64,000 bases of DNA from Candidatus Hydrogenedentota bacterium (GTDB lineage: Bacteria > Hydrogenedentota > Hydrogenedentia > Hydrogenedentales > SLHB01): assembly GCA_963674865.2 (NCBI GenBank), contig CAXXYE010000009.1:1600001-1664000 (forward strand), in the 5' to 3' direction. A program made the position numbers and the translations under genes. The notes under the pieces are model-generated. The model did no database searches. It was not told the origin of the DNA and worked only from the letters and a program-made list of their open reading frames with translations. Within the stretch, counting starts at the first letter, position 1. Every line of letters begins with the position of its first letter. This document shows, piece by piece, positions 49,864 to 59,933 of this stretch.

Positions 49864-51066
49864 TCATCCCTGCCACTGCTGGGGGAATTCGCGGTAGTCC
49901 GTTAGTTCGTAGGGGCTGGTGGGGACGGCCCAGGGCACGCCGCATTCGGACAGGAGCTTTCCTTCGGCGGCCGCGGCGAGCATGGCGTCTTCAATACCGC
50001 TGATGAGCGTGAAGGGGACGCCTTCCCGGACATCCTGGTGCGTGTGCTCGCCGGGGATGTCATGGATACTTCGTGATGACTCGTAGGCCGCATTCGACAT
50101 GAGAATGTGGCCTTCGGCCTCAGCGAGAGGCATAAGCAGCGGCTCATCGCTCCCCAGAACCACTTCGACGAGCCGCCGCAAAAGGGTCGTGGTGCCGCGC
50201 TCTTCCTCGCGGCAGTCTATGTGTTCGCCGGGTAGATCGACGCCGTCCTCGTCGTGGAATCGCGCCGCCCCATCCTCCCCGAGGATGTCCCAGCACCTCG
50301 GGTGATTCTTCGAGGCGCATTGCGTGAGGTGGACGCACACCTCGACGCCGTTGTCCATAGTGGCGCGGAGGCAGTCCGTGTCCTCTCCTTCGATATCATT
50401 GGCGCGGTAGAGTTCCGCCTGGACCTGGAGAGGCCGCGCGAATTCGTACGGTTCATCCGCGGCCAGGTAGGCGGCCAGGTTGAGGACGTGTCCGCAGGCG
50501 TTATTCATCGGCCCGTCGAGGACGAACGCGCCGTCGAGCCGGGTTTTGCCGGCCCAGTTGTTGCGGCGGTAGTAGTCGGCGCCCCGACACCAGCGCGCCT
50601 CGGCGCGGATGGCCGTGACGGAGCCGATGACGCCTTCGCACAGACGGTGTTTGAGGGCGATGATCCCCGGCCGGGACACGTCGTGATAGCCCACGGCGCA
50701 GTAGCGGTCGTGGCGTTCCTGGCTGGCCACCATGGCGCGCAGATCCTGGATGGTAACCGCGGGCGGCTTTTCGAGAAACACGTGGAGGCCGCGCTCGAAG
50801 GCGGCGAGAGTCATTGGCACGTGGTAAGGGATGGGCGTTGCGATGCAGACGAGATCGAGGTTGGTTTCCTCGGCGAGCATCGTGTCGTAGTCGGTGTAAT
50901 GGCGGGCGCCCTTGGCCTTGAGGGCATCGACTGCGGGGACCTGCTCGTTCGGCTCGGTAAACGCGGCGAGTTTGACGATGCCTTCCGCGGCCAACGTCTC
51001 CGCGGCGGAGATGTGGGCGTGGCCGAATCCTCCGACGCCGGTTAAGGCAATTCTCAATCTATCCAT
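49864..51066 (-). CDS. Gfo/Idh/MocA family oxidoreductase
   Basis: 'GVGGFG', 'IATPIPYH', 'VFLEKPPA'. Confidence 0.92.
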   Translation of the reverse strand: MDRLRIALTGVGGFGHAHISAAETLAAEGIVKLAAFTEPNEQVPAVDALKAKGARHYTDYDTMLAEETNLDLVCIATPIPYHVPMTLAAFERGLHVFLEKPPAVTIQDLRAMVASQERHDRYCAVGYHDVSRPGIIALKHRLCEGVIGSVTAIRAEARWCRGADYYRRNNWAGKTRLDGAFVLDGPMNNACGHVLNLAAYLAADEPYEFARPLQVQAELYRANDIEGEDTDCLRATMDNGVEVCVHLTQCASKNHPRCWDILGEDGAARFHDEDGVDLPGEHIDCREEERGTTTLLRRLVEVVLGSDEPLLMPLAEAEGHILMSNAAYESSRSIHDIPGEHTHQDVREGVPFTLISGIEDAMLAAAAEGKLLSECGVPWAVPTSPYELTDYREFPQQWQG

Positions 51067-51117
51067 TGTCCCCACCTTTGTATCGAGTCGTCGGCCACCG
51101 CGGCCCAGCGTAAGACT

Positions 51118-51146
51118 ATTCTCGGTTGCGCGGCCACACGAGTCAA
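51118..51146 (-). promoter_or_regulatory. Possible sigma70 promoter of the oxidoreductase
   Basis: Minus-strand TTGACT-N17-GAGAAT. Confidence 0.5.
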
Positions 51147-51372
51147 GTCTGCCCGGTGGCCGCGTTGAATATCCCGGCGATTTCGGAGTTCGCCGCGTGC
51201 GAAAGGGGCGTGCCGTCTCATATGTTCTCGAGGGACACTCCCGCGAGGCCGGAACTGCACGCTTGTTCCAGCCCCGCGGGAGGCTACGAAAGGATGTTGG
51301 GCCATAGCCGGGGCCGTTGTCCGGCGGCGTCACACGGTGGATACGTCGCCTTCAGCGGCACCGGTGGCGGGG

Positions 51373-52359
51373 CTAATGGCCTCCACCATACTTTACGTCT
51401 CCGAGGAAGCCGGCCAACCATCGCGTTACCGGAAAGGCTCTGTTGTCGTATCGGATCATCTCGACGTGTCCATCCATGAACAAGACATTCGATCCGCTGG
51501 GAATATGGTTGAACTTCTCGACGCCCTGGCCGTATCCGCCTTTGTCATGTGTTTCCGCCGAGGCGAAGAAATCCCACATCACGGGGATCTCGGTTTCGGC
51601 TAGTTTTGCTCCGGCGGGATTGTTGACGTCCGTGATGAAGTAGCGCCCTACGCCATCGCGGAGGCGGTAAACAGTGCGGGTGCCATTCGTGCCTTCGGGC
51701 TGGATGGACACGCCGTTGTACTTCCAAGGCCCGTAGCTTCCGTCCACCGTGATGTTATCGTCCGCGTCAGGAAAGGGCGGCAGGCCTTTCTTGCCGCTGA
51801 TCTTTCCCGTGGGACTCGCTCTGTGCAGCTCAATGGCCTCCAGGACACCGGCAAGCTCCTCGGTTCGATGTACTGCCCACGCGGTGTACATGTACGAGCG
51901 CGGTACGCCCATCCAAATGGCGACATCGGCACCGTTGTACTTGCCGTCCTGATTCAGATCGCCGTTGCTGAAGGCTTTGTTTTCGCTGCTGTCCAGCGTG
52001 CCCGCCAGGATATCCTCGATCTGCTCCTCAACGGGAATCCTCGATACCATAGGATCCGAGGGGCAGATGGTTACCTTGAAGTCGTCAAGGTACTCCGGAT
52101 ACACCGACGGGCCGTGGAACGTCATCGCCCGCGAGGCGCAGCCGTAGTTGATCATCTTCGGCGGGTACAGGCCGCGCCGACTCTCTTGAGCATACATCTT
52201 GAAGACAAGTCCCATCTGCTTGAGATTACTCTGGCAACTCGCGCGTTGCGCCGCTTCGCGCGCCTTTGACAGCGCGGGCAACAACATGGCGGCCAATATG
52301 CCGATGATCGCTATTACAACAAGTAGTTCTATAAGTGTGAACCCTTTACGGGTGAACAT
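51373..52359 (-). CDS. Prepilin-type N-terminal cleavage/methylation protein (DUF1559-like, H-X9-DG)
   Basis: '[45 protein letters not shown]', 'YRLRDG', '[15 protein letters not shown]'. Confidence 0.93.
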   Translation of the reverse strand: MFTRKGFTLIELLVVIAIIGILAAMLLPALSKAREAAQRASCQSNLKQMGLVFKMYAQESRRGLYPPKMINYGCASRAMTFHGPSVYPEYLDDFKVTICPSDPMVSRIPVEEQIEDILAGTLDSSENKAFSNGDLNQDGKYNGADVAIWMGVPRSYMYTAWAVHRTEELAGVLEAIELHRASPTGKISGKKGLPPFPDADDNITVDGSYGPWKYNGVSIQPEGTNGTRTVYRLRDGVGRYFITDVNNPAGAKLAETEIPVMWDFFASAETHDKGGYGQGVEKFNHIPSGSNVLFMDGHVEMIRYDNRAFPVTRWLAGFLGDVKYGGGH

Positions 52360-52426
52360 GCTGAAATCCTCCTTTCAGTTGTGTCGGCACCGGCGAAGTG
52401 CTCTCTGCCGGTGGTGCGAACGTAAG

Positions 52427-53245
52427 CTACTGCGCGCCCTGCGCGGCAATGGCAGGGCCGGCGCCACGCGTCACTTCCCACGTTAGAAGGTCTTCGATCC
52501 GCATGGCCGCGAGCTTCTTGCTCAAGTCTTTCTTCATTGTCATAAAATCAGTCCGTGCGCCGGCGGCCTGGGGCTTTTCCGGAGCGTGTGCGCTCCGCAT
52601 TCCTTGGAAGAACTCCGCCGGAATGACGCCGTCACGTGCCTGAATGCGTACGCGATCACCCGTGGACTTGCGCATGATCTCGAAGGCAAAACACGAAAGA
52701 GTCACGGGCGGGCCGGGAACGTGTGCTCCCGTTGCATCCGAAGGAAGCACTACCTGGTAGGCGTCTTCCGTCACCACGCGCATCGTCAGCTCGAACACGT
52801 CCTGCGCACACTGCGAAGGCACGCGGCTCACAACCTGCATATCGCCGCGCATCGGGCGCTCGATCCAGAGGAGGGCCGTAGCCGCCTGCAAGACGCGCCA
52901 CGTGAACACGGGAACCGGGCCGAGATGGCCGTGGTATTTGCGCACGTCATCCAGCGTCAGGCGCACCAAGTTGCCGTGGTCGTCGAACACTTCAAAGGGG
53001 CGGAGGTTTGCCAGATAGCCCGCGGGAGGCGAAGGGGCTAACGCCGTGGCCCCTGAGTAGCCGTCCACCTCCGAATGCGGGTGCGCGGCGGCATTCACAA
53101 AGGACGATGAGATTGCCAGCAGCGTTAGAGCCGCCAGCGCCACGGCCGTCGGCCGATGCGATAGCCGGCGGGAACAGCCCGGATGCGTGCAGTCCCCCGC
53201 CTCGCCCGCAGCCGGACGTGGCATTCCACAGGTATTCTGGAACAT
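52427..53245 (-). CDS. Secreted FmdE-like protein
   Basis: 'KYHGHLGP' and 'CAQDVF' resemble FmdE-family motifs; hydrophobic signal-like segment; AAGGAG RBS. Confidence 0.6.
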   Translation of the reverse strand: MFQNTCGMPRPAAGEAGDCTHPGCSRRLSHRPTAVALAALTLLAISSSFVNAAAHPHSEVDGYSGATALAPSPPAGYLANLRPFEVFDDHGNLVRLTLDDVRKYHGHLGPVPVFTWRVLQAATALLWIERPMRGDMQVVSRVPSQCAQDVFELTMRVVTEDAYQVVLPSDATGAHVPGPPVTLSCFAFEIMRKSTGDRVRIQARDGVIPAEFFQGMRSAHAPEKPQAAGARTDFMTMKKDLSKKLAAMRIEDLLTWEVTRGAGPAIAAQGAQ

Positions 53246-53477
53246 AATGAGTCTCCTTGGTTTGGCCGGGAGCGCGCTTCCATTTGATTGGCGTCGATGG
53301 GCACGCTTCCGGCTGGGCCTCTTCTATTCGCGGCGGGCGGCCCCGCCGCTTCACTGGGCAGGCGCCACTTGCGCCTGTTTGCATCTTCTCCTTGTCTGCG
53401 CGATACGCCGTGTATTGTTTCCACGGTGTGCGATGAGCTCTGTAGTTTGATGAATCATAAAAAGTTTGACGTGGCAA

Positions 53478-53507
53478 ACATTAGCATCCTCGTCTTGGTG
53501 ATGTCAA
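53478..53507 (-). promoter_or_regulatory. Possible sigma70 promoter of the FmdE-like/pilin-like pair
   Basis: Minus-strand TTGACA-N18-TAATGT with TG extension. Confidence 0.5.
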
Positions 53508-53680
53508 CCTTGTTTTTCTCGTGACGGCTTGTGCCCGCGGCGACGCGGCGCCAGGGCGGGGCCGTGGCAGATATGCGCGAGCGGGACAAGATTGAAAGTG
53601 GGCTGGATGCCCTCTACAATGGCGCGCAAATTTCGTAACGGCCCGGCGGGTTGCCGCCGGAAGAGGGAAAGGAACGTGGT

Positions 53681-54421
53681 ATGAGCAGCGGAATTCGCGT
53701 AACGGTGTGGAATGAGGGCGTTCACGAGAAGACACATGAGGCGGTGCAGAAGGTGTATCCGAAGGGAATGGGTCACCAGATCGCGCAGTACCTTGAGAAG
53801 CAGCCGGGGATTGCGTCCGTGCACGTGTCGGAGTTGGATGATCCGGGGCAGGGCCTGACGGATGACATCTTGAACAACACGGATGTCATGACGTGGTGGG
53901 GGCACATGGCGCACAACAGGGTCGAGGACGAGAACGTGGCGCGCGTTCAAGAGCGTGTGCTGGACGGGATGGGCCTGGTTGTGCTGCACTCAGGGCACTT
54001 CTCGAAGATCTTCCAGAAGTTGATGGGGACAGGCTGCAACCTGAAGTGGCGCGAGATTGGCGAGAAGGAGCGCCTGTGGGTGGTCGATCCGAGCCATCCG
54101 ATTACCGAGGGGTTGCCTGAGTACTTCGAGCTGGAGCACACGGAGATGTACGGGGAGCATTTCGATATCCCGCAGCCGGATCAGCAGGTGTTCATCAGTT
54201 GGTTTGCGGGCGGCGAGGTATTCCGGAGCGGGTGCTGCTGGCACCGCAGCAAGGGCAAGGTATTCTATTTCCGGCCGGGCCACGAGACGCTGCCGATCTA
54301 TTACGATGAGAACGTGTTGCGCGTTATCCTGAACGGCATTCGTTGGGCCGCGCCGTCGGGCGTGAAAGAGATCGTTCGCGGGAACGTCAAGCCGCTGGAG
54401 GACGTGGCGCCCGCTGAGTAG
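53681..54421 (+). CDS. thuA: ThuA-like trehalose utilization protein
   Basis: 'VTVWNE..HE', 'YPKGM', 'WWGHMAH', 'VLHSGHFSK', 'EMYGE', 'GGEVFRSG', 'FRPGHET'. Confidence 0.93.
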   Translation: MSSGIRVTVWNEGVHEKTHEAVQKVYPKGMGHQIAQYLEKQPGIASVHVSELDDPGQGLTDDILNNTDVMTWWGHMAHNRVEDENVARVQERVLDGMGLVVLHSGHFSKIFQKLMGTGCNLKWREIGEKERLWVVDPSHPITEGLPEYFELEHTEMYGEHFDIPQPDQQVFISWFAGGEVFRSGCCWHRSKGKVFYFRPGHETLPIYYDENVLRVILNGIRWAAPSGVKEIVRGNVKPLEDVAPAE

Positions 54422-54603
54422 CGCTTGGAAGGATGTGACGGTAGCGAGGCGGCCGGGGCGCGGATGCGCGTCCCGGCCGTCGCGTTTATGGGGGCGGGGG
54501 CCTCCCGGTGAGGCGGTGAGGGGGCAGGGATGAATATTCGGGCGGCAGGACGGTAGTATAGGCGTGGGGCGCGTATTCATCGCGCCGGGAGGGGCGAGGG
54601 GCA

Positions 54604-55385
54604 ATGTCTATGATCGAGGTGGTTGGTGTAACGCATCACTACGGGATCCGGCCGGTGCTGCGGGATGTTTCCATTGAGGTGGTCCCCGGCGAACTGGTGG
54701 CGCTGATGGGGCCTAACGGCATGGGCAAGAGCACGCTCTTGGGCGTCATGGCGGGGACGCTGTCGCCGCAGCGCGGATACGTCGAGATCGATGGGCTGCG
54801 CCGGAAGAGCAGCGAGGCCGATGAACTTGCCATTCGCAAGAAAGTCGTCTACATGCCCGATCACCCCTGGCTGCCGGCGAGCCGAACGGGCCGCGAATTC
54901 CTCGTGGCGGTTGGAAAACTGTACGAGATTGAGGATTTCCGCCTCTTCGATCACGTCGATCGGCTGTTGAGCTTGTTCGATCTCACCGAGAAAGGCGACG
55001 CTCCTATCGCCTCCTACTCCACGGGCCAGCAGAAGAAGATCTCCTTGGCCGCGGCGTTGGTAACGGAAGCGCCCGTCATGCTGCTCGATGAGCCTTTTCG
55101 GGGGGGCTCGATCCTTCCGGACTTATCGCGCTCAGGAAGGTGATGCAGTGGCTTGCCGAACGGGAAGACGTAACAGTGGTTATGGCGACGCCCGTACCGG
55201 AGATTGTTGAGGGGCTCGCCCACCGCGTTGCCGTGTTGCGCGGAGGCGAGCTGATCGCGTACGACACGCCGGAGCATCTGCAGAGCGCCGCCAGCCTCAA
55301 CACACTCTCTGAGGTCTTGGAGCACCTGGTGAGTCCAAAAACGCTCGATAGCATCGAGCACTACTTCGAGGGGCGCGCGTCATGA
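54604..55385 (+). pseudogene. ABC transporter ATP-binding protein split by a one-base frameshift near 55095-55106
   Basis: 'GPNGMGKST' and 'LLDEPF' in the first ORF; the -1 frame continues 'GGLDPSGLIALRKVMQWLAE...' to 55385. Confidence 0.8.
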
Positions 55386-56602
55386 TCGGCTGGCTACGGC
55401 TTGTCCTGCCACGCGGCTCGCTGGTGAGCGTTGCACTTATCTTACTCGTATTGTTCTGCATAATCATAGAAGTGTCTTTGGGGGTTCTCCTTGGGGACCC
55501 GGCCGTTGAGGCAAGTGCCGAGGCGAGCCGGGATATAGCGCATACGCTGAGGCGGGTCGAGGGCGGCGCGCTCGTTTTCGCCGCATTGATGTTGGGCGCG
55601 CAACGGATAATGTTCTTCAGCCCTCTTCGCCCGGACTATCGCGCTTTCTTGGCGGCTACTCCCTATACCGGGCGGCAGCCCCTTCCGCTCGGGCCGCTTC
55701 ACCTCGTGTGGCAGGACCTCGTGATCCTGGGCGGTGCGACTGCGTTCTGTGTGTTCGCGGCAGGTATGCCGGCCCATCTCATCGTGTTCGTGTTCGCACT
55801 GGGATATGTCGCCGCTCTGCTACTCACTCTCTGTGCGACGGGACAGATCCTGAGCGCCTACGCGCTGGCTTTCACGATGGGACTTGCCGTCATGACCGCA
55901 TGGAACGCGCTATGGGCCTTTCTTGCCTTGACAGCGGTGTATGGTGTTAGCTATGCCGCCATAGCCATGATGCTGCGCCGCTTCCCTTGGGATACCGGCC
56001 GTGACGCCGATGATGCTTCCCGCGCTACAAGAGAGCGGGTCCTTGGGACAATCCTGCCTCGCTCGCGCAGACAACCGGCCCCGAACTTGGCCGATATTGG
56101 CGTTGTAGGTTGGCCCCTTTCGGCTTTAGGCCCAAGGCGTCCTGGGGCGGCTTGTCCTTCTGCGCATGGCCTAATGATCAGCCTGCTTCTCGGCTGGTAT
56201 CTGTTCGCAATCCTGCTCCCGTTTCCGTCGATACCAGCGAGAGAATGGAAGGCGTGTTGGTTTGTCATTCTTGTGTTCGCCGCGATTCTCGGTGCGGTTC
56301 GCCTTTGCGTCTACAAGAACGGGGCTGCCGCGCCCATTAGTCTGTTGGGCCGTATTGCTACGGGGCGGTTCATCGTGCCGGCCCATGACAAGGTGCTGCT
56401 CGCGCCGGCGGGGACAGGCTTGGTGGGACTTATCAGAGCGCCGTTGGCGCATAAGCTCGGTATTTCGCCCGGCGTGACGCTGATTGTGGCGCCGGCGTTG
56501 ATGCTGTTGATAGTCCTTACGGCAGGCCCGACGCTGGCCAACTGGCGACTAACGGGCGCGTACCGTGTGGAACAGATCGGCAACGTTCAGAAGGCTACAT
56601 GA
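55382..56602 (+). CDS. Multi-pass membrane protein, probable permease partner of the ABC ATPase
   Basis: ATGA overlap with the ATPase; many TM segments. Confidence 0.75.
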   Translation: MIGWLRLVLPRGSLVSVALILLVLFCIIIEVSLGVLLGDPAVEASAEASRDIAHTLRRVEGGALVFAALMLGAQRIMFFSPLRPDYRAFLAATPYTGRQPLPLGPLHLVWQDLVILGGATAFCVFAAGMPAHLIVFVFALGYVAALLLTLCATGQILSAYALAFTMGLAVMTAWNALWAFLALTAVYGVSYAAIAMMLRRFPWDTGRDADDASRATRERVLGTILPRSRRQPAPNLADIGVVGWPLSALGPRRPGAACPSAHGLMISLLLGWYLFAILLPFPSIPAREWKACWFVILVFAAILGAVRLCVYKNGAAAPISLLGRIATGRFIVPAHDKVLLAPAGTGLVGLIRAPLAHKLGISPGVTLIVAPALMLLIVLTAGPTLANWRLTGAYRVEQIGNVQKAT

Positions 56603-56606
56603 AGAT

Positions 56607-56728
56607 CTAGTGGTATGAATCACGCTGATGGCGTCTTGTTTTCTGCCGCGAAAAGCAGGGACAGACACGTCTTCGCTTCGCTCCGCTTGCGTCAGTCCCC
56701 GTTTTTCGCTTATGAGTCGGTGCACTAG
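56607..56728. mobile_element. CTAG-bounded MITE-like element (uninterrupted relative of 22209-22521)
   Basis: CTAGTGGTATGAATCAC ... ATGAGTCGGTGCACTAG; its reverse complement matches 22265-22313 plus 22470-22521; lies between convergent genes. Confidence 0.75.
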
Positions 56729-56778
56729 GGGCGCGGCGTCCCGTCGCCGCTCTTTCGGGGGCGTGGTGGGCTTTGCCT

Positions 56779-57990
56779 TCAGTCCTTCCACTCGGCTTTC
56801 GGAGGGGAGGCGAAATCGGCGTAGCGGGCGTCGACTTGGGCCTCGGCCGCGTCGCCTGCGTGGATGTACACGCGGTACTTGAAGGTGAGGGATTCACCGG
56901 CCTTAAGGGTGAAATCACCGTTGAGCCGGGTGTCTTCCTTCTTCGTGAAGTAGGACAAGCCGAAGCAATTGGCGGCCATGAGGCCGTAATCGCGGACGTG
57001 CCAGCGCGTGGGATGGCGCAGGTTCGTCGGCGCGTCGAAGATGGCCAGGCCGCGGACGCCGAGTCCCTCGATGGGGCCGGAGTAATCGCACCACGGGGAA
57101 GGCTTGCCCCAGCATTCACTTTCGCCGTGCTTGCCGAGGGCATTGGTGATTTCGCCGTTTTCCTTCCCGCGGATCTCGTCGCGAATGCGAACGGCCAGAA
57201 TGCCGCCTTCCTTGGTGTCGCCGAAGAGTACATCGCCGTAGTTGGCGGTGAAGGTGACGGTGACGTCGAACAGGCGGGCCGTCGCGGGCGTCGGATAGAA
57301 CCGGTACTCACGCGTTTCCGAGAGCACGGGCTTGTGGGCGTTGTCCTGCCAGGTGTTTTCGGCGCGAATCCAACCGTAGGCATCGCCGGAGCCGTAGGTG
57401 ACGTTATCGCTGTGCTGGAAGCCTGATCTGTCGCCTTCGCCCCAGCAGTCCGCGCCGTTCACTTTTCCGTAGGAGCAGTAGATTGCTTTGTGATGGACAT
57501 GATCCTTGGTGCTTTGGATTTCACCCATGGGCCAGTCGCGCGTGATGGTGACGCCGTTGTCCACGTAGACGGGCCAGAGGAATGGTTTCTTGTTGTCGTT
57601 CGAGTAGTTGTAGGCGGTGAATTGCTCGCCGTCAATGGTTACGTCGAGCATGTCGTCGCCGTCTTTCTTCTCGATAACGACTCTCGGGGCGTCGGCGTCG
57701 CGGGCGGCCAGCTTGAACTCCGTGCGGGTGTTGGGCGCCAGATCCTCGGGAACAAAGACGAGTTCACCGTTATGCACCGTCCCGACGAGGGTCTTGTCGC
57801 TTCCTACCTGGCGTAGACAGACACTGGTGTCGTCCAGATCACCTGCAACCGGGATGGACACCGGAGCGTCTATGCTCTCGTGTTGGCCGGCGGTGACGAC
57901 GACTTTTCGTCCCGAAAGTCCCGTTGCAGTGGCGCATCCCGAACCGGCTATCAGGAGGGATATGATGACAAAACACATTGCCTTACGCAT
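56779..57990 (-). CDS. 'PmoA-like' (DUF6807-type) beta-sandwich lipoprotein
   Basis: 'KPFLWPV', 'TRDWP', 'DHVHH', 'FGDTKEG', 'WCDYSG', 'WHVRDYGL'; lipobox-like 'GSGC'. Confidence 0.8.
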   Translation of the reverse strand: MRKAMCFVIISLLIAGSGCATATGLSGRKVVVTAGQHESIDAPVSIPVAGDLDDTSVCLRQVGSDKTLVGTVHNGELVFVPEDLAPNTRTEFKLAARDADAPRVVIEKKDGDDMLDVTIDGEQFTAYNYSNDNKKPFLWPVYVDNGVTITRDWPMGEIQSTKDHVHHKAIYCSYGKVNGADCWGEGDRSGFQHSDNVTYGSGDAYGWIRAENTWQDNAHKPVLSETREYRFYPTPATARLFDVTVTFTANYGDVLFGDTKEGGILAVRIRDEIRGKENGEITNALGKHGESECWGKPSPWCDYSGPIEGLGVRGLAIFDAPTNLRHPTRWHVRDYGLMAANCFGLSYFTKKEDTRLNGDFTLKAGESLTFKYRVYIHAGDAAEAQVDARYADFASPPKAEWKD

Positions 57991-58196
57991 GGAAGCTCCT
58001 TTCTTCTAACGCAGCCGGGGCGTACTGTATCAGATGACTTTGAGGGGCGCAAGGTATGGTGGGAATTCTCGAGCGAAGGGCTGTGCCGCCGCACGGCGTT
58101 CCCTCGATATGGCCGCAGCGGCTGTTACCGGTGCACCACCCATGAGTATAATTAGCCGCGGGCCGGGGACGTATCCCATGGGAGGAGAACATCGGA

Positions 58197-59288
58197 ATGG
58201 ATTCGCGGGAAAGGATCTTTCGGGCGTTGGCTTTCGAGACGCCGGATCGAGTGCCGGTTGATTTCTGGGCGTCGGCGGGACTGCGCGAGAAGCTCAAGCA
58301 GGCCTTCGGGACGGACTTCGACGCCTTCCTCGATGAGCACGACGTGGATTTGCGTTACATTCCGGGGCCGGAATACATCGGGCCGCCGCTGCAGTGTTTC
58401 GACGACGGGAGCGACGAGGACCTCTGGGGCGTGCGCCGGAAGAGCGTCGCGGTTGCGACAAAGGGCGGCGCGGAATCCTACAAGGAGGTCGTGCACGCGC
58501 CGCTGGCGTCGGCGGAGCGCGTCGAGGATGTCTTGGACTACGCCCGATGGCCGTCGCCGGACTGGTTTGATTACAGCGGGATCGCGCGGCAGTGCGAGGA
58601 TGTTCGTGAGCGCGGGCGTGTGGCGGTGTTTATGGGGGATCGCCTCAACCGCCTTGCGCAACTCAAGCCTGCGATGTACCTGCGCGGCGTGGATACGATC
58701 CTGATGGACATGGCGATTCGCCCGGAGGTGGCGGCGGCGGTTTTCGGCAAGATCCGGGCCTTTTACGTTGCGTATGCAGAGCGTATCTTCGAGGCGGCCC
58801 GGGGCAAGCTCGATTTGCTCTTGATGGGAGATGATTTCGGGACGCAGTCGGGGCCGTTTGTATCTCCGGCCATGTGGGAAGCGTTCTTGGGACCTGGATT
58901 CGCGGAGTACTGCGCGCTGGCCAAGACGCACGGCGTCAAAGTGATGCACCATACGTGCGGATCCGTCCGCCCGATCATCCCACTGATGATGGAGTGCGGG
59001 CTTGACGTTCTGCAATCGCTCCAGCCAGAGGCGGCCGAAATGGCGCCGGCGGATCTGAAGCGGGAGTTTGGCGGGCGGCTGGCTTTCCACGGAGGGATAT
59101 CGATTCAGCAAACCTTGCCGTTCGGATCGGAAGAGGATGTGCGGCAAGAGGTGCGGGAGCGCATCGAGGCATTGGCGCCGGGCGGCGGATACATCCTCTG
59201 CACATCGCACAATATCCAGGCGGACGCGCCGGTGGAGAATGTCGAGGCGTTATTGTGCGCCTATCGCGAGTTCGGAGATTACGCCTGA
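58197..59288 (+). CDS. Uroporphyrinogen decarboxylase family (MtaA/CmuA-like) protein
   Basis: 'MDSRER...PDRVP', 'DLWG', 'GDDFGTQ', 'HTCG', 'GGYILCTSHNIQ'. Confidence 0.9.
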   Translation: MDSRERIFRALAFETPDRVPVDFWASAGLREKLKQAFGTDFDAFLDEHDVDLRYIPGPEYIGPPLQCFDDGSDEDLWGVRRKSVAVATKGGAESYKEVVHAPLASAERVEDVLDYARWPSPDWFDYSGIARQCEDVRERGRVAVFMGDRLNRLAQLKPAMYLRGVDTILMDMAIRPEVAAAVFGKIRAFYVAYAERIFEAARGKLDLLLMGDDFGTQSGPFVSPAMWEAFLGPGFAEYCALAKTHGVKVMHHTCGSVRPIIPLMMECGLDVLQSLQPEAAEMAPADLKREFGGRLAFHGGISIQQTLPFGSEEDVRQEVRERIEALAPGGGYILCTSHNIQADAPVENVEALLCAYREFGDYA

Positions 59289-59317
59289 GGGCTCGTGAAA
59301 ACACGGGTCGTGTCCGG

Positions 59318-59370
59318 AAAAGGGGACACGTAGTCGCGCCAGGGAGGCGCTTGGAACATGTCCCCTTTTC
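59318..59370. repeat. REP-like hairpin repeat
   Basis: aaaaggggaca...catgtcccctttt; further copies at about 61056-61109 and 61172-61225. Confidence 0.85.
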
Positions 59371-59418
59371 CTCCGTCATTGATTCATAGGCCCTGAGGAC
59401 ATAGAAGGAGGAGCAGCC

Positions 59419-59901
59419 ATGCAGATCCTGGTGATGTATTCATCGCGGACGGGCCATACCAAGCAACTTGCGGAGGCCATCGCCAAAGGCGTCGAAGAAG
59501 CCGAGGCGGGGGCGTGTGTGCTCAAGACGGCGCGCGATGTGACGCGGGAAGATTTTGCGTCGGCGGACGGCATTATCGCGGGCTCCCCGGTGTATTTCGG
59601 AGGAATGGCGGCGGAATTGAAGGAGGTATTCGACGTATTCGTCGGGCTGCGCAAGAAGATGGGGGACAAGGTTGGCGCGGCGTTCGCCACGGCCGGGGAC
59701 GCCTCCGGCGGCAAGGAAACGACGATGATGTCGATCATCCAGGCCATGCTGATCTATGGCATGATCATTGTCGGCGATCCGCTGGACGCGACGGGCCATT
59801 ACGGCGTATCCTGCGTCGGCGCACCGGACGCCGAGGCGCTGGCCAACGGGGCCAAGCTCGGGAAACGCGTGGCGCTCCTGGTGAAGCGACTGGCGGCTTA
59901 G
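59419..59901 (+). CDS. Flavodoxin / WrbA-like NAD(P)H-dependent oxidoreductase
   Basis: 'YSSRTGHTKQLA', 'GSPVYFG', 'KVGAAF...GGKETT'. Confidence 0.9.
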   Translation: MQILVMYSSRTGHTKQLAEAIAKGVEEAEAGACVLKTARDVTREDFASADGIIAGSPVYFGGMAAELKEVFDVFVGLRKKMGDKVGAAFATAGDASGGKETTMMSIIQAMLIYGMIIVGDPLDATGHYGVSCVGAPDAEALANGAKLGKRVALLVKRLAA

Positions 59902-59933
59902 AATCTGAAATGCAAGAGAAGGATGTCCTGCGT

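Noticed and set aside
52992..53384. Leader ORF with an RBS and an AT-hook-like 'KRRGRPPR'
   Set aside because: Overlaps the FmdE-like gene out of frame by about 250 bp, and the motif arises easily from a GC-rich hairpin.
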